Of a stretch of 64,000 nt of DNA, positions 58,078 through 64,000 are shown piece by piece. Source of the stretch: Verrucomicrobiota bacterium (lineage in GTDB: Bacteria; Verrucomicrobiota; Verrucomicrobiia; Limisphaerales; SIBE01); NCBI GenBank assembly GCA_016871515.1, contig VHDE01000006.1, positions 460-64,459 of the forward strand. Direction: 5' to 3'. The position numbers and the translations under genes were made by a program. The notes under the pieces were generated by a model. That model had not been told where the DNA came from and made no database searches. It saw only the letters and a list, made by a program, of their open reading frames with translations. Positions within the stretch are counted from its first letter, which is position 1; each line of letters starts with the position of its first letter.

Positions 58078-58160
58078 GCAGGACAGGCGCCTCGCCTGTC
58101 CGCAGCGAATAGCCCGCGGCCGCTGATTGCAACCGGACTGGCAAGGCCCCTGTCCTACCG
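58078..58160. repeat. family A degenerate copy
   Basis: gcaggacaggcgcctcgcctgtccgc ... caaggcccctgtcctaccg. Confidence 0.45.
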
Positions 58161-58204
58161 CCCGCATTTTCAACATTAACAATAACAAACAAAAAGGATA
58201 CGCA

Positions 58205-59261
58205 ATGAAAACAGCATCTCGCACGCTTGCCACACTCTCGCTCTGCGCTGGTTTGGCGGGCCAGCTTACCATGGCGCAAGTCAAACCGACGACTTCCTCA
58301 ACAGCTGCACGGACTGTTCAAGATGCTCCGGAAATCGTCGCCCTGCCTGCCGCAGGCGCCGCAACCATTAGCCATCGGGGCGGCGCCGAACGCAGAGAAT
58401 CTATTGGTTGCCCAGGCAGAAGCCGGCGGAGCGGGATTCGAGTTTGGCACGGCTCAATACGCCCCGCTTCTCCTCGAGGATGGCTCAGGCAGATTTCAAG
58501 TCGATGTTCTGGGCGGAACGGTTCGACCACGGACGTTCATGATCCGATTTGCAGACATCGATCCCAAAACAGTGTCGGCCATAGAAGAGGACTTGAGCGT
58601 CATGTCCAGAATCATTGCCAAGACAGTCAAAGAGAAAGATGACGACGCGGTGACCGCTATGGGAATGAAGATCAGGTCGCTGCCAGCGTCCGGTGCGCAA
58701 AATCTTTACTTGGACGGTTATGGAGCGCTGTTGCTGTTTAACGTCCGTTTCCCTCTCGTTGAACCTGCTGAAGCGCCTGAAAAGGAAACGGCCAAAGATG
58801 CGCCCGACTCGACATGGGAACAAGCGAAGCGCGAATTGTATGGCCCGAGAGAACTCCCGGCCAGTGCTCGGGTTTGGACAAGTCATCAGGCGCGCGAGGA
58901 ATTCGATGCCACGAAAGTCACAAAGCTCAAGGAATCGATTCTGAAGGCGCTCAAAGACGGGACCAATATTCGCAACTTGAAGCCCAACGAATTCATCACC
59001 GTGGTCGTGTCGGGCCCAGACTATGGAGTGACGCGGCGCGTTTCGCGGATCGTTAGAAGCGGTAAGGATGATTCTACCCCCAATTTGCCGGCCATTAACG
59101 CTTATGCTTTGGCTTCGCCAAACCGGTGGGCCGTTGCAGCTCCAGGAGGCGGCAACTCGGTCATGACGCTTCGAGCCAAGAAGAGTGACACCGACGCTTT
59201 TGCCAAGGGCAGTCTGACATTCGACGAATTCCAGAAAAAGGTCTCCATCGCGAATTACTAA
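58205..59261 (+). pseudogene. secreted protein of the ECF operon, with signal peptide and body in different frames
   Basis: ATG 58205 gives MKTASRTLATLSLCAGLAGQLTMAQ in one frame. The protein-like body (ORF 58227-59261, ...AEAGGAGFEFGTAQYAPLLLEDG...) is in another frame. The switch lies within about 58340-58400. Confidence 0.55.
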
Positions 59262-59363
59262 TCTGAACTGGCGAATGAAGCGCAGTCCTCAATCTTTAGC
59301 TACGCTCTTGATCGTGGGACTTAGTTGCGCACTGCTCAGCTCGATGTGGGTTGAAACCAAAAG

Positions 59364-59389
59364 GCCGCGGCCTCATCCGAGGCCGCGGC
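59364..59389 (+). terminator. GC-rich stem-loop downstream of the ECF operon
   Basis: gccgcggcctc-atcc-gaggccgcggc: perfect 11-bp stem with a 4-nt loop, followed by ttgat. Lies inside the doubtful ORF 59275-59556. Confidence 0.4.
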
Positions 59390-59469
59390 TTGATCGCAAG
59401 CCATCACGATATCACCCGGAAACACCCGAAACACCAACCAAGCGGATGATGCATGCAGCAGCCATGGCC

Positions 59470-59495
59470 GGTAGGACGGGCGTCTCGCCTGTCCT
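59470..59495. repeat. family A half element
   Basis: ggtaggacgggcgtctcgcctgtcct. Confidence 0.45.
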
Positions 59496-59540
59496 CTTTC
59501 CAAGCCCTGCGCTGCCCTGCCGAAATGAATGTGCGCGGGG

Positions 59541-60094
59541 TCATTGGCGTCTATAGCTTCGAATAATGAAATTGCGTTGGATTGATTCTAAATCGAGACA
59601 AAGTCGGGAAGTGCTCAGTGACACAATAGCATCGACGATGCGCCGAGCGATTTCGCCAAAAGTATTTCCGTTGAAAAAGAGAAATGGTCCCGCGCGATGG
59701 CACTCGAGCAGGAAATCGAGGGCCGCCCCTAGAGTCAACTCTTCGAAGCGCCATCTTTCCCACCGCTGCCGGACTTGCTCGCAAGTTTCCGAGTTGTTTC
59801 CATGGAGAGCTTTTCCTCGATCGCACGATCCTCGGTTGAGGCTGGCGACAGGCTGCCAGTCCCAGTTTTTGATAAAAGCGGCTCGGCCTTGTAGCGGTGA
59901 TTGTTCACCAGCACGCTCTCCATGAGCATCTCCGGAGTAATCTTCTCCACTAAGTCGAATCTCAGTTTCATCAGGCATAAGATAAAGCTTCCCCAGCGAT
60001 GGCTCAAGACTGTTTCCGCCTGCCGTCCAACTTCGGATTCACACACCTTTGACATGCCTTTGGGCGCAATGTTCGTGATTTGGCTACAAATCAC
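59541..60094 (-). pseudogene. hypothetical gene split between two frames
   Basis: ORF 59735-60094 is protein-like up to ...DRAIEEKLSMETT. ORF 59541-59978 is protein-like only in its C-terminal half (WRFEELTLGAALDFLLECHRAGPFLFFNGNTFGEIARRIVDAIV...). Confidence 0.4.
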
Positions 60095-60140
60095 GCGCCG
60101 CTTGATGGACTCGACGGTCCACCACCAAAGCGGGGCGGCG

Positions 60141-61307
60141 CTATCGACTTTGCGCGGCCGCTACGGCGGGGGAAGTCTGAACGGCGGGCGCGTTCAAAAT
60201 CTGGCTCAGCGCGGCGAGAAAAGTTTTGGCGTTCTCGCGCGTCGAAGTCTCACCCATTAACCCAACCCGCCAAATCTTGCCCTTGAGCGGCCCAAGACCG
60301 GCGCCGATTTCTATGTTGAATTCGGTGAGCAACCGTTTCCTGGCAGCCGCTTCGTCAACGCCTTGTGGGACGGTCACGGCATTCAATTGCCAAAGTTGAT
60401 GCCCCGCCTGCGCGGCCAGACAGAGACCCAGAGCGGCCAAGCCATCTCGCAGCGCCAAGTGGTTTGATTGGTGCCGCTGCCAGCGCTTTTCCAATCCCTC
60501 GGCAAGCGTCAGACGCAAGGCCTCGTGCAACGCATAGTTCATTGTGATCGGCGCGGTATGATGATAGACACGTTCCTGCCCCCAGTAAGAGGCCAAGAGA
60601 TTGACATCGAGATACCAGCTTTGAACCTTCTTCTGACGATGTCTGGCAACTTCGAGTGCGCGTGGACTCAGCGAGACCGGCGCCAAACCGGGAGGACAAC
60701 TCAAACATTTTTGGGTGCCGCTGTAGACTGCATCGACATTCCATTCATCGATTTTCACTGGGCAGCCCCCTAGTGAAGTCACGGTATCGAGCACGAGCAA
60801 GGCCCCGGCTTCGTGGGTCAACCGCGAAATCTCTTCAACCGGCGTGAGCGCACCAGTCGAAGTTTCCGCGTGGACCAGAGCTACGAGTTTCGGCCGGCAT
60901 TTCTTTAGGGCTTCCGCAATTTGATTCGCCTCGATGATGCGGCCCCAGGGAGCTTCCACCTTGATGACCTTGGCGCCACAACGTTCGGCGACATCGGTCA
61001 TCCGTGTGCCAAACACACCATTGACGCCAATGATCACCTCATCTCCCGGCTCGATCAGGTTGACAAAACAGAACTCCATTCCAGCGCTCCCGGTTCCGCT
61101 GACTGGAAAGGTCATTTCATTTTGCGTTTGAAATACGACACGCAGCATCGCCTTGATCTCTTCCATCATCTTCACAAAGACGGGATCGAGATGACCGACG
61201 AGCGGACGCGACATCGCCTCGAGAACAGATGGAGCAACGTTGCTCGGACCGGGCCCCATCAGAAGCCGCGGCGGCGGTTGAAATGGCGCAGGTATTGGTG
61301 TTTGCAT
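60141..61307 (-). CDS. class V aminotransferase (alanine-glyoxylate / serine-pyruvate type)
   Basis: Start moved to ATG 61307 ([24 protein letters not shown]). PLP-lysine region SGTQKCL. Confidence 0.88.
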   Translation of the reverse strand: MQTPIPAPFQPPPRLLMGPGPSNVAPSVLEAMSRPLVGHLDPVFVKMMEEIKAMLRVVFQTQNEMTFPVSGTGSAGMEFCFVNLIEPGDEVIIGVNGVFGTRMTDVAERCGAKVIKVEAPWGRIIEANQIAEALKKCRPKLVALVHAETSTGALTPVEEISRLTHEAGALLVLDTVTSLGGCPVKIDEWNVDAVYSGTQKCLSCPPGLAPVSLSPRALEVARHRQKKVQSWYLDVNLLASYWGQERVYHHTAPITMNYALHEALRLTLAEGLEKRWQRHQSNHLALRDGLAALGLCLAAQAGHQLWQLNAVTVPQGVDEAAARKRLLTEFNIEIGAGLGPLKGKIWRVGLMGETSTRENAKTFLAALSQILNAPAVQTSPAVAAAQSR

Positions 61308-61350
61308 GACAAGGACGATAGTCGGCGCGGTACGAGGGAGCAATGATTTT

Positions 61351-61508
61351 GCGTGAGAAGGGTCGTGATAAGTGATGCGTAATGCGTGATGCGTGATTGG
61401 CAAAGACAGAATTCAGCTAATGGGCCAATGCTTCCGACCATGCCGCACACGAAACAAACTTCTTGAATTATTTCCTTCACGCCTCACGGATCACCTATCA
61501 CGATTCCC
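61351..61508. repeat. divergent intergenic region bracketed by inverted 7-nt tandem repeats (family H)
   Basis: Left cgtgataagtgatgcgtaatgcgtgatgcgtgattgg. Right ccttcacgcctcacggatcacctatcacgattcc. Confidence 0.5.
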
Positions 61509-61511
61509 GTC

Positions 61512-62651
61512 ATGTTAGAATCGTTCGACGCAATCGTAGTCGGGCTCGGTGCGATGGGCGGCTCCGCCATCTATCATTTGGCTAAGCGCGGCAAACGGGT
61601 TCTGGGATTGGATCGCTTCGGGCCGCCGCATACGTTTGGCTCGTCGCACGGCGAGACTCGCATCATTCGAGAGGCCTACTACGAGCATCCTCTTTATGTT
61701 CCGCTCGTCCAGCGAGCCTATGAATTATGGGATGAATTGGAAAAGGAAGCTGGACGACAACTGTTTCTTCAGACTGGTGGATTAATGATCAGCCGTCCCG
61801 ATGGCGTCGTCTTCAGCGGCGCCAAACGCAGCGCGGACGAGCATAAGCTACCGTACGAGGTTCTTTCGAGCGCGGAGCTACGCCGCCGTTTTCCGGCCCT
61901 ACAGCCAGACGACGACATGGCAGCTGTTTTGGAACCGCGCGCGGGAATTCTCTTTCCCGAAGCGTGCGTCGAAGCACACGTGACACTAGCCGCGAAACAC
62001 GGAGCGCGTCTTCGCCTGAATGAGACAGTGTTAAGCTGGCACTCAGACGGCGCCGGCGTTTTGGTGAAGACCGCTCAAGGCGAATATCGAGGTGAACGAC
62101 TGATCCTTTCCGTCGGCGCTTGGATTCAATCGCTGTTGCCCGACCTTCGTTTGCCCCTCCAGGTTGAACGCCAGGTGCTGCACTGGTTCCGGCCAGCAAG
62201 AACTCCAGAGATTTTCGAACCGAAGAACTGCCCTGTCTATCTGTGGGGTTATGGGCGAAACCAGTTCTTCTACGGGTTTCCAGCCCTTGGCGATGGAGTG
62301 AAAGTCGCGCGCCATCATGAAGGCAAAACCGTCGATCCCAACACGGTCCGCCGCGACGTGAGCGATGCGGAAGTGGAAGGAATGCGTGAGATCGTGCGAC
62401 GATTTCTGCCCGCCGCCGACGGCCCGTTAAGGAAATCCACGGTTTGTCTGTATACGAATGCGCCCGATCATCATTTCCTAATCACAACGCACCCAGGGCA
62501 CAGGCAGGTCGTGATCGCGAGCCCGTGTTCGGGGCACGGTTTCAAATTCTCGAGCGCGGTTGGCGAAGTGCTCGCAGACCTGGCGCTCGAAGGAGAATCG
62601 CGCTTCGATCTGACCTTGTTTCAACTCAACAGACTGACCGGAAGAAAATAG
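61512..62651 (+). CDS. solA: monomeric sarcosine oxidase / N-methyl-L-tryptophan oxidase family flavoprotein
   Basis: FDAIVVGLGAMGGSAIYHLAKRG (GxGxxG). Covalent-FAD cysteine context SPCSGHGFKF. Confidence 0.85.
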   Translation: MLESFDAIVVGLGAMGGSAIYHLAKRGKRVLGLDRFGPPHTFGSSHGETRIIREAYYEHPLYVPLVQRAYELWDELEKEAGRQLFLQTGGLMISRPDGVVFSGAKRSADEHKLPYEVLSSAELRRRFPALQPDDDMAAVLEPRAGILFPEACVEAHVTLAAKHGARLRLNETVLSWHSDGAGVLVKTAQGEYRGERLILSVGAWIQSLLPDLRLPLQVERQVLHWFRPARTPEIFEPKNCPVYLWGYGRNQFFYGFPALGDGVKVARHHEGKTVDPNTVRRDVSDAEVEGMREIVRRFLPAADGPLRKSTVCLYTNAPDHHFLITTHPGHRQVVIASPCSGHGFKFSSAVGEVLADLALEGESRFDLTLFQLNRLTGRK

Positions 62652-62672
62652 TGATTACTGTTTGCTTTCGTT

Positions 62673-62770
62673 TTACCACAGAGGCACTGAGGACACAGAG
62701 AGGAGAGAATTTCAAAATCGCGCCCATCATTGTTCTCTGATCTTCGTGCTCTCCGTGTCTCGGTGGTGAA
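62673..62770. repeat. family K-like inverted repeat between convergent genes
   Basis: accacagaggcactgaggacacagagaggagagaa ... ttctctgatcttcgtgctctccgtgtctcggtggt. Confidence 0.5.
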
Positions 62771-62777
62771 TCCCAGC

Positions 62778-64000
62778 CTACGGCTTGTTCGGGACATCTA
62801 AAGCAGGATTCCGCTCGAAAAATCCGGAAGGCACGATTTCAAAACCGGCATGCGCTGCCGACATGACCGGCCATTCTTCGGGCCTCGGATTGTGCGTTAC
62901 GCCCATCGTGTGCCAGACGACGATGTCATGATTCACGACCGATTCGTCGTCCTGGGTCCATTCATGCAAACCATCCACTCCCCTGCTTTGGTTCGGATAA
63001 TAGCCGGCTCGGTTCATTTCAGCGGGTTTAAAACGCGTCACCCAAAAATGGTGATCGAGCAAGCGCGCCCGCTGGCGGACGGCTGCTTCAGGCAACGCAT
63101 AGGGAACAGAGTTTTCGTGAGGAACCAACGTAAAGCCCGCCAAGTGTCCAAGCGCATTTCGCGAAGCCGGATTAAAGACATGCCATTTGCGGCTGCTCTG
63201 GGAACTCATATCGCGCCGAGCCGCCACTTCGGACGCCAGGAGCGTCTTTTCCATCGTGAACGCATTGAGGCAAGGATTTTCGGGGCCGGCAGGCAACGAC
63301 CGCGTGTTCATCTCCGCCACGCTGTTGTTCGCGCCGTCGATATCGAAATCGAGCCGAAAATTGACGAAGTGTTGATGATGTGTCGCGATTACATTCGGAG
63401 CAACCAAGCTGCCGTAGCGCTCATCGCTGTTCGCATTCGCTGGGTTCTGGCCCTTCGACAATTCATCGCAGCACGAGCAAACCGCAGTCTTCACGCCCTT
63501 CGGCAACAGGATGACGGTCAAGTCCAGCCTGACCTCCAAACGCCCGTCCTGATGAAGAATTCAACTGAAGCTGTAGTCATAGTTGCTGATCGTAGCAACG
63601 TACATGAGCACGAGCTGACGAGCGCGTCGCGCTTGTTTGTGGTCGGTGTGATACTCCCAATGCCGCCAGAGAATTCCACCGTCTGCTTCATAAATGGCGA
63701 GGGCGCCGCGGTGGCGATACGGTTTGCCGGCGTCATCAGCAAATACGGCATCGAGATGAACGGCATTGTCGGGAGCGTCTTTGGAAGCGACCAGCGTGTT
63801 GGCGAGGCGTCCGACACCATATTCCCCTTCGTCGAACGCATTTCGAAAAACCCAATTCTTGTCAGGATCAGCGTACGCCACGACCATTTCGGAAAGGGAG
63901 GCGCGATGCAGGATCGGCCGCAATCGTCCGCGGTCATCGCAACCTACAGTATAAAGCACGAGGCCTTCCCTCGGATGCAGCGCGTAACGGAAACGCCAAT
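62778..64000 (-). pseudogene. copper (TPQ) amine oxidase, 5'-partial at the window edge, with an in-frame TGA
   Basis: REGLVLYTV..., TPQ motif NYDY (63573-63584), HQHFVNFRLDFDIDG, VVWHTMGVTHNPRPEEWPVM. TGA at 63561-63563 sits where E. coli TynA (NYDYIFDWIFHENG) has Trp. Confidence 0.75.

Noticed and set aside
59275-59556. 93-aa ORF (MKRSPQSLATLLIVGLSCALLSS…) as a small membrane protein of the ECF operon.
   Set aside because: After the hydrophobic start it runs through an 11-bp GC hairpin (59364-59389) and a family A repeat (…GRTGVSPV…). A much shorter peptide cannot be excluded, but there is no support for the full ORF.
63520-63563. Selenocysteine decoding of the amine-oxidase TGA.
   Set aside because: The position aligns with a conserved Trp, not a redox Cys. 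Only a weak 6-bp hairpin lies downstream, at a distance atypical for bacterial SECIS. No sel genes are in the window.
1-64000. Genome-wide reassignment of TGA (to Trp or Gly) as the explanation for the in-frame TGAs at 56731 and 63561.
   Set aside because: Many well-supported genes in the window terminate at TGA at the expected family length. Examples are 39-1145, the ABC ATPase at 5393-5395, and the spermidine-synthase-like gene at 28299-28301.

Overview
This is a GC-rich (by eye, not computed) chromosomal window carrying about 45 protein genes, mostly housekeeping and carbohydrate or amino-acid metabolism. Recognised genes include xylA, proB, mazG, purB, mdh, deoC, leuD, pepF-like, larE-like, panE-like and solA-like, plus two sulfatases, a BNR sialidase-like protein and a four-gene MacAB-type efflux operon. 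I infer a PVC-superphylum, probably Verrucomicrobiota, origin. The basis is two prepilin-type '[18 protein letters not shown]' pseudopilin-like genes, the sulfatases, a HEAT-repeat protein next to a CxxCH heme protein, and the characteristic intergenic repeats. I recognised no rRNA, tRNA, CRISPR array, intact transposase, or obvious defence or secretion island. I did not find a convincing new multi-gene system, and say so plainly. Three things stand out. (1) Intergenic space is densely populated by at least 12 families of short palindromic elements, many of which produce fake ORFs in the six-frame track. Two of them sit in-frame inside one membrane-protein gene, and several bracket divergent promoter regions as inverted arrays of 6-7 nt tandem repeats. 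(2) Gene lesions are unusually frequent. These are a TGA at a conserved Trp beside the TPQ motif of a copper amine oxidase, a TAG after the signal peptide of a secreted protein, and a stop plus frameshift in an ECF sigma gene. Also seen are a frameshift in that operon's secreted partner, a truncated and frameshifted Rpn/DUF4351 transposase-like gene next to a truncated pilin-like gene, an ABC-ATPase tail remnant, and other fragments. (3) A single 28-bp perfect palindrome has half-sites identical to the symmetric lac operator. All family assignments rest on motif recognition by eye; no searches were run.
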